Source: Octopus bimaculoides (Eukaryota). From it: a stretch of 51,200 nt of DNA. Below the pieces are notes generated by a model. It made no database searches and was not told the DNA's origin. It saw only the letters and a list, made by a program, of their open reading frames with translations. Positions within the stretch are counted from its first letter, which is position 1, and the number at the start of each line of letters is the position of its first letter. The position numbers were made by a program, and so were the translations under genes. Below, piece by piece: positions 1 through 13,473 of the stretch. The DNA lies in the NCBI RefSeq assembly GCF_001194135.2, contig NC_069003.1:12152454-12203653 (forward strand), given 5' to 3'.

Positions 1-21
1 AATACAAAGTAAAAATCATAA

Positions 22-52
<31 letters not shown>

Positions 53-392
53 CGACTATTTATATATTATATACTGTGAAACTTGATTTAATTTTAATTT
101 TTGATAAATTGAATTTAATTGAGTTTTTACCTGTAAATTTGGATTTTTATTCCTAATATTATTATTACATATATATATATACATATATACATACACATAC
201 ACACTATTATTTTCTTTTACTCTTTTATATGTTCCAGGGCTTAGTGCTCCAGCATGGCAGCAGCCTGCCAGTGTAATCACTTTTTCAATGGCCAATTTTC
301 CATGAAGATCCTTCAGATGTTTTGGCAAGGTGTTAAATAGCTGTTGACCCTTGAATCCCAAGTTTTTGCAGTACATGGTCCTCACTCTAGAC

Positions 393-941
393 CAGTGATT
401 CCCAACCTGAGATCCGCAGACCCCTGGTGGTCTGCAAAGGTGGTACTGGGGGTCTGTGAACTGAATTCAAAATTTCATATGTGTGTGTGAATATGTTGTT
501 GTTGTTGGCACTCCGTCGAGGGTTCCAATTGAACAGCCTGCTCGTGAAATTAACGTGCAAGTGGCTGAGCACTCCACAGACACGTGTACCCTTAACGTAG
601 TAATCGGAGATATTCAGCGTGACACAGTGTGACAAGGCTGACCCTTTGAATTACAGGCACAACAGAAACAGGAAGTAAGAGTGAGAGAAAGTTGTGGTGA
701 AAGAGTACAGCAGGGTTCACCACCATCCCCTGCCGGAGCCTCGTGGAGCTTTAGGTGTTTTCGCTCAATAAACACTCACAACACCCGGTCTGGGAATTGA
801 AACCGCGATCCTATGATCGCGAGTCCGCTGCCCTAACCACTGTGCCATTGCGCCTCCACATATGAATATATACATAAGGATAAGCATATCAAAAGAGATC
901 TGTGGGAAAATTCATTTAAATAAAAGGGTTGGGAACCACTG
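393..941. mobile_element. hAT (Charlie-type) MITE with a nested tRNA-derived SINE
   Basis: TIRs cagtgattcccaacc / ggttgggaaccactg; 8-bp TSD ctctagac (385-392) / ctctaaac (942-949). The SINE at ~490-860 reads on the minus strand from a tRNA-like head tggaggcgcaatggcacagtggttaggg...ggtttcaattcc. Confidence 0.8.
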
Positions 942-949
942 CTCTAAAC

Positions 950-1207
950 CAAGGCTTCTCAAACATTTCTCATGAACTCCCTTTAATTACTATTTTATTC
1001 TGGTGGACCCCTGTTAGCCATTTGATGTTTAAAAACTTATTTTAGCTGTTTCTTGCAATAAATACCAATACATACATTTAAAGCCAAATTTTTTAGGGGC
1101 CCTTAAAATACTTTTGTGGATCCCCAATTTATTATTCTATTACGTGGACCCACAAAAATTTTATATAGACCCTCAAGGGCCATATGGACCCTGGTTGAGA
1201 ACCACTG
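950..1207. mobile_element. Second hAT MITE, directly abutting the first
   Basis: Starts caaggcttctcaaac and ends ggttgagaaccactg, followed by atctagat. A related copy in opposite orientation lies at ~3860-4331 (shared IDPQGPYGP-reading segment). Confidence 0.7.
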
Positions 1208-4200
1208 ATCTAGATGGAATGGACAGGATATCTTCATCTTTTATCCTTGTTTCAGTTAAGACTGTGGCCATGCTGGGGCACCACCATGAAAGGTTTTAGT
1301 CAACCTCAGGACATTATTTTTGTTAAAGCCTAGTAGTTATTCTATCAGCCTCTTTTGCCGAACTGTTAAGTTACGGGGGACATAAATAAACCAACAACGG
1401 TTGTCATGCAGTGGTGGTGAACAAACACAAAAACACACAATTGTATAAAATGGATATTTTTAACAATTTTCTACAAATAAGTTTCAGATTCTGTCAGAAT
1501 TTGAAAAAAAAAAGTGGGGTGGGGGTCGGATAATTCACAAAGGTCGATTTTGTTTCCTCATGCATTTTGAGTAGGTATAAATTATCCTTCCCCTCCCACG
1601 TATTATTTTGTTTTGTTTGTTTTTTTTTACAGCAAATTCCGATATAATCGGAATCTACGCCATCTGTATCATATTTATTGTAAATTTTATTTTAAAATAT
1701 CGGTAAATATCTTCCTTTCAGAAAGTTATGAAGAAATAAATATAGTTATGCCTATCAAGGATCGACCTAGGGTTAAACAGCAACCAACAAACCAATGCGA
1801 CAAAAGTCACAATGAACGCACTACGACGTCAACATCAACAACAAAGAAACCTCTCTGTGGTTGCTAGAAATGCTAAAAATAGCAGTCAATTCTCCATCAA
1901 ATCACGCCCTACTTAAGTAGAGAAAAAAAGAGAAAACATTAAAACCTCGATATATTCCAATGACGCTGAGATAGCCATGGTTGGAATGCCATTAATCGTA
2001 GGTCTACTCAAAGACCGATGTAGGATTAAACAAGGAATTAAAAAGAAAAAAAAAATGCTACATGGCTTAACTACAGAATAGAGCCCCAGAATACAATCTC
2101 CGTATCTTTCTGAAAAGTGTATTATTTCTAACGAAATTTTATAGAGATACGTTTTCGATTGTGAAAGTTATAATTATGTTGATGAAATTCATGGAAAAAA
2201 TTTTCTGGAGGAGTTTCGTTTCCTTCCTTCCCTTCACTTATCTTATCTTATTACCGCAAATTTCCGTAACTTTACCATTTCCCCCCTTTCAGATTCATAT
2301 GTTTGAAACATCCACATTGTGTAATCTACATTCTCGGAAATGTATTTCTGCAACAATCTTATTTTAAAATATGTATTATAAAGAACGTTATGAGGAAACA
2401 AAATCAAGTGTGGAGCGAGATGATGCGAAGCTTTTTAAAAAATAATTTTTTTCTTTAATGTTATTAATATAAGCTATACATTCGGAACAGTACCTGCAAA
2501 ATTTCATAACAAAATATTAATTCTTCAGGGAGCTGAGAGAAAACAAAAATCGCGGAGCACGAAACTGTAGTTATGCCTGCGTCAACATTAACAATGAACG
2601 CACAATGACGCTAACATCAACAATAACAAAGAAGCCACAACGAGGTTACCCGAAATGCTAAAAATAGCAGCCACGTAACCTTAAAATCACGCCTTGCAGA
2701 CATAGGGAAAAAGGGTCGGGGGCAAATATTGGGTAACATAACTGTAGCTAGAGCCCTTAAAAAAGAGATGGCCGTGATTGGGCTGTTTTTGAATGGGGGT
2801 CTATTTGACCTAGGGTTAAACTGGAAAAGAAAAAAAAAATATCAACAATAAAAAACAATGACAACCTGAATTAAAAAAAGGAAGAACTTTTCAGAGGAAC
2901 TGACCTGGTCTGCAATCGGAATGGTATCGATCATTTATTGATGATCGATAATTTAATGGTCAGTTGGTGCAACAGTGACCCTTGATAGAAATCTGTAACT
3001 GGTGTTAGACGACTTAGCTTCGACCATGTGCTGTCGTAGGAATGCTGTAGTATGGAGCAGGTTGGTATAGTCCAACGATGTGTTGTGGTGTTTAGTGACG
3101 CACAAATGAAGTCCCGAGCTGCACTAATAACGACTTACCTCGATGTTGAGGCATTAGTGTCGTGTTATAAGAGATCAGTTGTGCACTAATCTTGTCCACT
3201 GGGGAAGTTATATTGTGCAATACTGAAGTCCAGAACTGTTAATGTTTATAATGATTGTCGGGTGGTGTGGGCCAGTGATAAATGTGTAATTCGATACAGT
3301 TTTTGTATGGCGGTGTTGTGCTATCCTATGGTCCCGTGGTGAGCTGCTACTATGACCAAATTACCCCTACATCAAGACTGCATCGCTTTCGAAATATTTA
3401 CATTTTTTGTTTTTCCATATATAAATATACAGATACTAGTTTACGTCATACTACACACACACTATCTGTCACTCATACATACATACATACATACATATAT
3501 AACTATTATTTGTCACTCATACACACACTCACACACAAATTCACAATCTGTTACACATACACACGCACGATCTTTCACTCACTCATATACACACATACTC
3601 TCTTTCTCATACGCATACAGTGTACCCCTCACTTACATACATACATTTATATACACTCGAACCCAACAAATGTTTATACACACATTCAGGACAACACCCA
3701 CAGACACTAAAAAGTAATGTCTTCACAGAAAATACACACTGAATGTGTGCCATATACGGAAATAATTAAAGGAGGAGGGGGCGGGGAAGCCTTGACTCAT
3801 CTTAGACGGTAGGGATGAGGGGGTGGGGAGGTTAATTCATCTTCGAGGGGAAGGACTGGTAGGTCTCAATCTTCTAATTATGTTTTAATATAAACATTTA
3901 TTATATAAAAAAAACGGTGGATAGATGAGGAAGTGAGGTAGCACACGTTTAAGAAAAGGGTAGCGGTGGAAGTTATCCCGTTGCCCGGAGGGGGGAGGGG
4001 CGTCTGCACTGCTGGTTTTCAATTGGGGTCCATATGGCCCCTGAGGATCAATGTAAGATTTTTGGGGGTCCACAAAGGTATTTTAAGGGCCCCTGAAAAA
4101 GTGCTTATTGGCATGTGTTGCAAGGAACAGTTTGGTTTCTTTCCCTAACATTTCACAGGGTTCAATCTACACAAATTAAACGTGTGAAAAAAAAAAAAAA

Positions 4201-6959
4201 AAAAAGGAATTTTGAAAGAAGAATCTATAAAATTAGTTTTTAAACACCGAATGGCTAAGGGGTCCTTCGGAATAAAATAGGAACCAAAGGGCTCTAGATA
4301 TATAAAGAAAATACTTGAGAACTACTGAACTAGACAGTGACTACTACCACCACTACCACCACCACACTGTAAACATATGGGTCGCCTGACCTGGTCTGCT
4401 AGAAATAGCAACCAAATCTCCCTCAGTGTGTGTGTGTGAGGGGAGCAATGCGTTCTTGAGTATCTGGTAATAAGGTGTTTGTGAGGAGGTCTCTACACTA
4501 TACGTTGCATGTGTGTGTGTGTGTGTTGGTGCGTATGTATAAATATATGTATATATGTATGTGGAGCGTATGTATTAAGCCCCAAGGGGGGATATTTAAC
4601 GCACACACACACACACACATTGTATGAGCCATTGTGTGTGTGTAGGTGAGAGAGTGTGGATCTGGTGGTGGTGGTGGTGGTGGTGGTGGTGGTTGAACTT
4701 CAAGGGTACAATTAGTNNNNNNNNNNNNNNNNNNNNNNNNNNNNNNNNNNNNNNNNNNNNNNNNNNNNNNNNNNNNNNNNNNNNNNNNNNNNNNNNNNNN
4801 NNNNNNNNNNNNNNNNNNNNNNNNNNNNNNNNNNNNNNNNNNNNNNNNNNNNNNNNNNNNNNNNNNNNNNNNNNNNNNNNNNNNNNNNNNNNNNNNNNNN
4901 NNNNNNNNNNNNNNNNNNNNNNNNNNNNNNNNNNNNNNNNNNNNNNNNNNNNNNNNNNNNNNNNNNNNNNNNNNNNNNNNNNNNNNNNNNNNNNNNNNNN
5001 NNNNNNNNNNNNNNNNNNNNNNNNNNNNNNNNNNNNNNNNNNNNNNNNNNNNNNNNNNNNNNNNNNNNNNNNNNNNNNNNNNNNNNNNNNNNNNNNNNNN
5101 NNNNNNNNNNNNNNNNNNNNNNNNNNNNNNNNNNNNNNNNNNNNNNNNNNNNNNNNNNNNNNNNNNNNNNNNNNNNNNNNNNNNNNNNNNNNNNNNNNNN
5201 NNNNNNNNNNNNNNNNNNNNNNNNNNNNNNNNNNNNNNNNNNNNNNNNNNNNNNNNNNNNNNNNNNNNNNNNNNNNNNNNNNNNNNNNNNNNNNNNNNNN
5301 NNNNNNNNNNNNNNNNNNNNNNNNNNNNNNNNNNNNNNNNNNNNNNNNNNNNNNNNNNNNNCCCCCCCCCCCGTATATCTCTTTCTTTTGTTTCAGTCAT
5401 TAGACTGTGGCCATGCAGGAGCATCGCCTTGGAGGGTACTTTTTATTTATTTATTAAAGTTTGGTATATTATTCTATTACATTCTTTTGCCGAATCGCTA
5501 AATTACAGGAATGTAAACAAACCAACATAGGTCGTCAAGTATTGGAGGCGGTTGACAAACAAGCACACACACCTTTTTATATTTTACTTGTTTCAGACAT
5601 TAGACTGCAGTCATGCTGGGGCACCGCCTCGAAGGGTTTAGTCAAACAAATATACTTCAGTACTTATCTTTTAAGCTTGGTACTTATTCTATCAGTCTCT
5701 TTTGCCGAACCGCTAGTTACGGGGACGTAAACACACCAACACTGGTTGTCAAGCGGTGGAGTGGAGATAAACACAAGCATAAAGACACACACACACACAC
5801 ACATGACCCGAACCCTTGTTTCAGTTTCCGTCTAACAAATCCACTCACAAGGCTTTGGTTGGCCCGAGGCTATAGTAGAAGACACTTGCCCAAGGTGCCA
5901 CACAGTAGGACTGAACCTAGAACCATGTGGTTGGGAAGCAAGCTTCTTACCACACAGAAGATCAAAGTGGAGAAGGGTTCCATGCCAACAGTGGTCAAAC
6001 ATGGATCAGTTGGTCCTAAGAAGCGGTCAAAAGTTTCCACAAAAGGCGCTGGAGCTGTCCATCTTGAATTTATCTCATACCCAGTTTCTCTCTCTCTAGA
6101 TGTCAGGTATGTTGTTTACAAGTCAATGAAACTTAAGTTCTATGGCTCTGAATAAAATTATCAATATGTGTGCACGTGTTTGTGCGCGCGCGCGCGTATG
6201 TGTGTGTGTGTGNNNNNNNNNNNNNNNNNNNNNNNNNNNNNNNNNNNNNNNNNNNNNNNNNNNNNNNNNNNNNNNNNNNNNNNNNNNNNNNNNNNNNNNN
6301 NNNNNNNNNNNNNNNNNNNNNNNNNNNNNNNNNNNNNNNNNNNNNNNNNNNNNNNNNNNNNNNNNNNNNNNNNNNNNNNNNNNNNNNNNNNNNNNNNNNN
6401 NNNNNNNNNNNNNNNNNNNNNNNNNNNNNNNNNNNNNNNNNNNNNNNNNNNNNNNNNNNNNNNNNNNNNNNNNNNNNNNNNNNNNNNNNNNNNNNNNNNN
6501 NNNNNNNNNNNNNNNNNNNNNNNNNNNNNNNNNNNNNNNNNNNNNNNNNNNNNNNNNNNNNNNNNNNNNNNNNNNNNNNNNNNNNNNNNNNNNNNNNNNN
6601 NNNNNNNNNNNNNNNNNNNNNNNNNNNNNNNNNNNNNNNNNNNNNNNNNNNNNNNNNNNNNNNNNNNNNNNNNNNNNNNNNNNNNNNNNNNNNNNNNNNN
6701 NNNNNNNNNNNNNNNNNNNNNNNNNNNNNNNNNNNNNNNNNNNNNNNNNNNNNNNNNNNNNNNNNNNNNNNNNNNNNNNNNNNNNNNNNNNNNNNNNNNN
6801 NNNNNNNNNNNNNNNNNNNNNNNNNNNNNNNNNNNNNNNNNNNNNNNNNNNNNNNNNNNNNNNNNNNNNNNNNNNNNNNNNNNNNNNNNNNNNNNGCATT
6901 TCATCAGCGTGTTAACGTTTCTGCCGCCTTAGTAAATTGGTTTTATTGACGAAATTACC

Positions 6960-8600
6960 TTAAAGATTTGCGCCCGATGAAGAGCGGAGAGGAGAAGTAC
7001 TGTTTGGAAGGAGATTCTCCTTCCATTAAGACTTCGGGAAAAACAATTTCTGGTGTTTTCTCTCTCACTTCGCTTTAATTTAGGATTTTTGGACATACTT
7101 TCTTGACTTTTTACACTTGCAGGTCGTTTCATTGGAAACATATCAAGAGAAGTCTGCTTTTTCTTGCCTTTCAAAATGTTACGAAAATGAGCCAGAGCAG
7201 AGTCATTAAATAAAGCAGCTGCACGACATGTAGATACTTTTCCAGGATGATATTTTTCTACAAATTCACAAACATACTGCCACTTTGCCAACACTGCCTT
7301 TGTCACTCGCAGAGATAGCATTCTCTGTTACACTGTCCCCCTCCGGGGTACCAATCTCTTCCATCGCATCCAAATGCTGCTGCTCCTGAATCTGCAGTAG
7401 TTCATCCCTTGTCAGCTCCTCTGAGCGTTCCTCAATGAAATCGTTAATGTCCTCATCATCAACCACGAGGCCAAGAGAGACAATCTCCTCGACTTTAGCT
7501 ATCTCAGACTCAAACCTCTCAATTTCAGATACGCAATCAGGCCACAATTTCTTCCATGCAGAGTCCAGCGTTCTCCTCGTAACACCCTGCTGGGCCATAT
7601 CGATGATTTTCAGGCAGTTTACAATGTTGTAGTGCTCCTTTCGAAACTCACGAAGACTTAGATTTGTGTTTTTCAGTGACTTCAAAGCATCGACGAAGCA
7701 GGTGTTTGGCGTACAATTTCTTAAAATTAGAAATCACTTGTTGGTCCATGGGCTGCAAGATAGGGGTAGTATCGCATGAAAGGTACAGAACTTATATAAA
7801 TTCAAATTCGCACAGGATACCATCCTCAATGTTAGGAACGTGAGTGAGCAAGAGCATTGTCAAGGATGAGGAGGGCCTTGAGAGGAAGATTGTTCTCTAG
7901 AAGGTACTTTTTCATTGCTGGTCTGAAGACAAGGTTGACCCATTCGGAGGAGGATTGCCTGGTAACTCAGGCTTTTATTTTGTCCTCCACATAACCTGCA
8001 GCTTTTCCTTCAGGATTTTGTGAGACTTGAACGCTCATGGGTTTTCGGAATGGTAGATAAGGAGCAGGTTAATCTTCAAGTCTCCACTCGCCTGGCATTT
8101 TATCTTCTGCAGTTATGTAGGTTCTTCTGGGCATTTTTTCCAAAAGACTTAAAAGACAAAAAAAAAGCCAGTTTCATCACAGTTGAATACCTATTGTGTG
8201 ATGTACACCTCGGCTGCAATGAGCTGACGGAATTCACGCACGAAATCTTCAGCTGCCTTCGTGTCAGAACTCGCTGCTTCTCCATACCTGACGACGCTAT
8301 GAACGCCTTAAATGCGTCTGCTGATGTCTCCTCTGTTAATGTTCCAGGGTTCTGCTTCAGGAGATCCCCAAACAGCACTCGTGCAGATGATGGGTCTCCG
8401 TAATTGTATCCCTTGCGAGTTGCTTCTCGTTGATCCACATGAGAAGCAATTTTTCCATCCCTTCGTTGCTTAGAGTCTCGAGACAACCTTTGCTGTTGAA
8501 ACGGCCTTGATCTTGTAATACTTCGACCGTGCGAACCAAAGGAGATGGCGACGTAGACGGAAAAGGCTCCTTTTTACCATGTCGCACAGTCGAACACAAA
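6960..8600 (-). mobile_element. Decayed Tigger/pogo (Tc1-mariner superfamily) transposase
   Basis: Fragments: CENP-B-type HTH MEKLLLMWINEKQLARDTITE (~8410-8470); VFNCDETG (Asp codon 8176-8178); LILDNALAH (7859-7861); ILQPMDQQVISN (7744-7746); EHYNIVNCLKIIDMA..VTRRTLDSAWKKLWPDCV. Several stops and frameshifts. The left end abuts an N-gap and TIRs were not defined. Confidence 0.92.
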
Positions 8601-9319
8601 ATAAGATATATATATAAGATAGAAGGCTCGTCGTGAGAGATACGAGCCATAGTGCCAGTAAATGAACTTAGGACAAACACAACCGTTAGATATATAATGA
8701 GAGTAAGTTTATTAACATAGTGAAACTGTTTGTGTCTGTGTGCGTGCATGCGACATATATAAATAACACAGTAGATAAGTCAGGCCTTCGTGTACAAGAG
8801 AATGTATACAACAATGCGAAGTGACGGACAGTCGTATAAGCAATAGTGTGTGTACAATATGTGAGAGTACAAGTGTGCGTGTGAATGAGAGGAACATAGA
8901 ACATAGAAAGAGTGTCTGTAACATAGACTACAAGTCTCAAACACTGAGATAGAGAAATACCAGTTCGTATTAGAGTTACACAAGGAGATAGAATGTTCAT
9001 ACGCAGGAAGTTGTGGCCAAGTAGCAGAGCTGTGGATTCACAATATGTGTGTTGAGCGTGGAATGCTGTGACCGTTTACCTGATACGGAATATTTTCGCT
9101 GGTTAGTCCTGACTGTTGCTCGTGGTGGAAACAATCCACTCAAACAGTGTCGATATAAAACCGAGTGTGTTGATATTGGTGTGTACCTGGTGGTGGGGTT
9201 GCTGGCGCACGACATTGTGGTAGACAGTACATAGGTGGTGAAGACGTCGGTGCTGGAACTGGCTGTAGCTGTGTTCTGTATGTGTGGTCAGCGACCAGAC
9301 TTGTGAGAGATCTGGAATC

Positions 9320-9430
9320 GAAGACGACTACCGTCGTTGGATCGGGCTTATTTATAGGCGAAATAGGGCTCACCGGAAACCCAGAAAAACTATCTCACGT
9401 GACTTATCCTAAAGCCACGATTGGACGTAA
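9320..9430 (-). promoter_or_regulatory. Candidate Pol II promoter (CCAAT, CACGTG, TATAAA) upstream of the Tigger transposase
   Basis: On the minus strand: CCAAT (9421-9425), a CACGTG E-box (~9396-9401) and CTATAAATA (TATAAA at 9351-9356) in canonical order and spacing. CpG-rich context, pointing toward the transposase. Confidence 0.4.
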
Positions 9431-10659
9431 TGCCCCCTTAGCAAGAAGAACATGGGGACAATTGCCGCGCAAATAAGAAGCAATCAGGATGGTGGACAGA
9501 AGGGTCCAAGGCAGCCTAAGGCTAGATGTTAGCAGCTTCGTTATCATTTATGATTGAATGCCCGAGAGAGAGGTTTCACTACAATCTCGTCCTTTTTCTT
9601 CAGGATGGTGCAAATCGTCGACGTGCTTCGGTCGTATTGACACGCATTTCTCTCCCATGTTTATCAACGATTTCCTTCTTCAGTTGGAAAAATTTTGTAG
9701 AAAGAAAAGAATCTACTTTTTTAACATTCTGCTATATTATAATAAAAATAACAATATTAACTTCATGCTTCTAAAATAAAAAAAATCATTCTCATCATCA
9801 TCAATATTCAATGTCCATTTTCCATGCTGGCATGGGTTGGACACCTTGATAGGAGCTGGCAAGGTCAGGGGGACACAACAGGTTCCATAGTCTGTTTTGG
9901 CTTGATTTCTACAGTTGGATGCCTTTTCTAACACCAACCAATTTACAGAGTGTACTGGGTGCTTTTTTATGTGGCACCAGCACTATGTCTTACTTGTTTC
10001 AGTCATTTGACTGCGGCCATGCTGGGGCACCACCTTGAAGAACTTTTTAGTTGAAAGAATCAACCCCAGTACTTACTTTTCTTAAGCCTGGTTCTTATTC
10101 TATCAGTCTGTTTTGCTGAACTGCTAAGTTACTGTGATGTAAACACACCAGCACCGGTTGTCAAGTAATAGTTGGGGACAAACACAGGCACAAAGACACA
10201 CACATGCATACGACGGGCTTCTTTCAGTTTCCGTCTACCAAATTCACTCACAAGGCTTTGGTCGGCCTAAGGCAATAGTAGAAGACAGCTGCCCAGGGAT
10301 CCACAAAATGGGACTGAACCTGGAACAATGTGGTTAGGAAGCAAAAAATAAGCTTACATTAAAAATAAAATGCAAAATGTTGCTTACCTCTTCTAGTTAC
10401 TGTGGCAATGGCTGGTGTAGTTCTGCTCCCTTGTTGTCATGGTAATAGGTCCAATAATCAGCTGGATCCTGTCACTGGGTCCTTTGATCAAGTATTGACT
10501 CCTTTTCTGCAATCTCTGATTCATCAGTAGTTTCCACTTTGCTGTACAAAATCCAACAAGACTGTGGGGGTTTGGTTCCTTGATGACCCCCTACTGTGCT
10601 CTTCAGCTGTCATGGAACATCTTATGGGTTGTTGCATACCCTCAACCAAGCACCAACAC

Positions 10660-11320
10660 CTTGATTGATCACTAATCCACTGCTGTCCCCAATTACTATA
10701 CAAGGACTGATAAGCTGTTGTGAGTCACTGACCCCTTGCAATAATCCCTAATCTATTTACTACAGTCACTACAAGGTTCCCTAAAAATATTGCAAACAAT
10801 ATTGACCCTCTAATCCTCAGGTTATTCCAGTTATTATACAAGACTCAATAAGCTATTGTGTATCATGTATATCAAATACTGACCTCTTGTCCTCATCCCC
10901 AACCCTCAGCTCACTCCAGTCCATTGCCATTAAATACAGACCCTTACAATAATTCTCTAATCCACCACTTATTCTACTTACTACAGAAGGACCCCTAAGA
11001 TTTTGCAAATTACAACCATTAAACACTGATACTGACCCCTTGCACTAATCTCTAATCCTCGGCATACTCTAGTTATTATACAAGGTTCCCTATGCTATTG
11101 CAAATCACAACCATCAAATACTGACCCCTGAACACGGTCCTACTCCTGTCAGTATACAAGGTCCTCTAAGCTATTGCAAACCATAACCATCATATACCGA
11201 CCCTTTGCAATGACCCTTAATCCTTACCCTACTCCAATTATACAAGGACCAATGAGTTAATTATAATTCCTGACCATCAAATAATGACCTCTTGTTGAGA
11301 CCCCTAATCCACAACAAGCC
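10660..11320 (+). repeat. Degenerate tandem repeat, ~75-90-bp unit, about 8 copies
   Basis: Recurring blocks tactgacccctt(gca), taatcc(ct), attatacaagg and aagctattgcaaa-caaccatcaaa at fairly regular spacing. Confidence 0.75.
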
Positions 11321-13275
11321 CTTTTACAATCACCAGTGAACCAGTTTGATTATGCTTGCTGAAGCTTTAAACAAACACTGAACTATAAATGGCAAAATAA
11401 AACAGCAGAGCTGAGCACGTGGCAGTAAGAATGTGTTAGCCTCCATACCGACCATCACCATCTCCACCCTGTTTGGACTGCAAAGATTGGTGGTTGTTAG
11501 TCACATGTAGGGATGGACAGACAGATGGATGGAGGGAGGGAGGGACTGAGAGACCTACATATGTACAGACACAGAAACCAACTTACACTTGTACAGACAT
11601 GTCTAAAACTTACACTCTACCTCTATTCACCTACTCTGGTGTAACAGGAACAATGGATGTACATTCATACACACACATGTATATATATATCATCAACCCC
11701 ATATACTTAATGTGTATGCTAGTGGGCTGCTATTGATTGTGTGATGAACTATATACTCTCTCAAGGCACTTTACTGTGCAAAGAGCAGCTCAGTAACAAA
11801 AGCACGAAGCATATGCCTGAAGTATAAGGGGTTAATGATATTTATTATAGTAGAGTTGTTTCTATTTCATACTTAGATATATATATATATCTTTTATTTT
11901 TCACTTGTTTCAGTCATTAGACTGTGGCCATGCTGGAGCACTGCCTTGAAAAATTTTTAGTCAAATGTATTGACCGCAGTACTTATACTTTTTAAGTCTG
12001 GTACTTATCCTATTGGTTTCTTTTGCCAAACTGCTAAGTTACAGGGACGTAAACACACCAGCATCGGTTGTCAAGTGCTGGTGGTGGTGGTGGGGAATGA
12101 AAACACACACACACACACACATACATACACATATGGCAGGCTTCTTTCAGTTTCTGTCTACTGAATCCACTTGCCCAAAGTACCATGCAGTGAGATTGAA
12201 CCTGGCACAATGTCGTTGGGAAGCAAGCTTCTTACCACACAGCTGCACATACACACACATATATTCATATACATAAAATATACATGCATGTATGGAAATA
12301 TGCACACATATACATAAGTAAATACAAATACATATACACACACACTTATACAAACACCATGTAAGTAGCGTTAATAATCAAAAACAAAATTCCATTAGGC
12401 AGACATCACAGACGCAAAGCCTCTATACCAGGGGGAGGCAAACTTATATGACTTTGCCATTTGGAGTGAAGCTTAAAATAGATCTTGTGAGCCAGATCGG
12501 GATAATTATTCCTAAAACCCTTAAAGTAACATGAACAATGGGACCAATATACATTATAAAAAAAACTTTATTTACGAAAATTTTTTCTCTTTCCTCTCAA
12601 TTTTGGCACAAAGCTAGCAATTTTAGGAGAGTGGGAGTTCGTTGATTACATTGACCATGGTGGAGATTGATCTCGGAACCTACAGAGCCAGAAAGAAAAG
12701 CCTTAAAAAGCATTTCGTCTGATGTGCTAATTGTTCTGCCAGCTCCTCAATGGAAGGGGAGGTGTCCGAAAAGTGTCTGTACAGAGATGTGAGAGGGCAT
12801 GTTCATAGCATACAGATATATACATACATACATACATATATATAGTTATACTTGGTGATGGTCATATTTTGCCAATCAAACAAACATATGCACTATATAT
12901 ATCTGGTCTTCACTTCAGCTTTATTATCATTTTAAGGGAGGGTTGGAGTGTAGCTGAAGAAGTCACAGAATGTGTGAGGAAAGAACTTGGACAAAGAAAC
13001 TAAGATAATAATAACAATAAGAAGAAGAAGGCTGAAGTGAAAACTAAATATATATGGGGGGTGTGTTTAATTAGCAAAACAGGAAAATAGGACTATCTTC
13101 AAGTGTAACAATATCTGTTTCAACACATGATTTCACATAAAAAATCTTGCAAAACAAATACATAAACATACATATACACACACACGTGTATAAATGTCAA
13201 TATATATATATTTTTTCTCCGTGTTTTCCCCCACTTTTTTTTCTCTCCATGTTTTTCTCCATGTTTTCTCCGTAT

Positions 13276-13312
13276 TCTTTCTGTTGAAGAGCGTAGCTCG
13301 AAACGTTAAAGA
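13276..13312 (+). ncRNA. Hammerhead-like motif with core variant CUGUUGA, within a ~190-bp Penelope-like remnant (~13213-13404)
   Basis: tcttt-CTGTTGA-a-gagc-gta-gctc-GAAA-c-GTT-aaaga. All three stems pair, but core position 6 is U instead of the conserved A. Flanked by (TA)n. Confidence 0.6.
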
Positions 13313-13405
13313 CTTTCTGTATTCCCGAGCGTTATACTAATACATCCTTTTGTTGTTTACACCACCTGTCCTCGTCTGTTGTTGTTTTTTTTCATAAATT
13401 CTCCC

Positions 13406-13473
<68 letters not shown>

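Noticed and set aside
1600-3300. Plus-strand acceptors at ~1632 and ~2292 and a minus-strand donor at ~3138 in relatively CpG-rich sequence
   Set aside because: The translations match nothing I recognise and no consistent exon chain could be built. Possible non-coding exons but unsupported.
4498-6949. Long ORFs of 250-450 aa here and at 26014-26966 and 37203-38561
   Set aside because: They consist of X from N-gaps.
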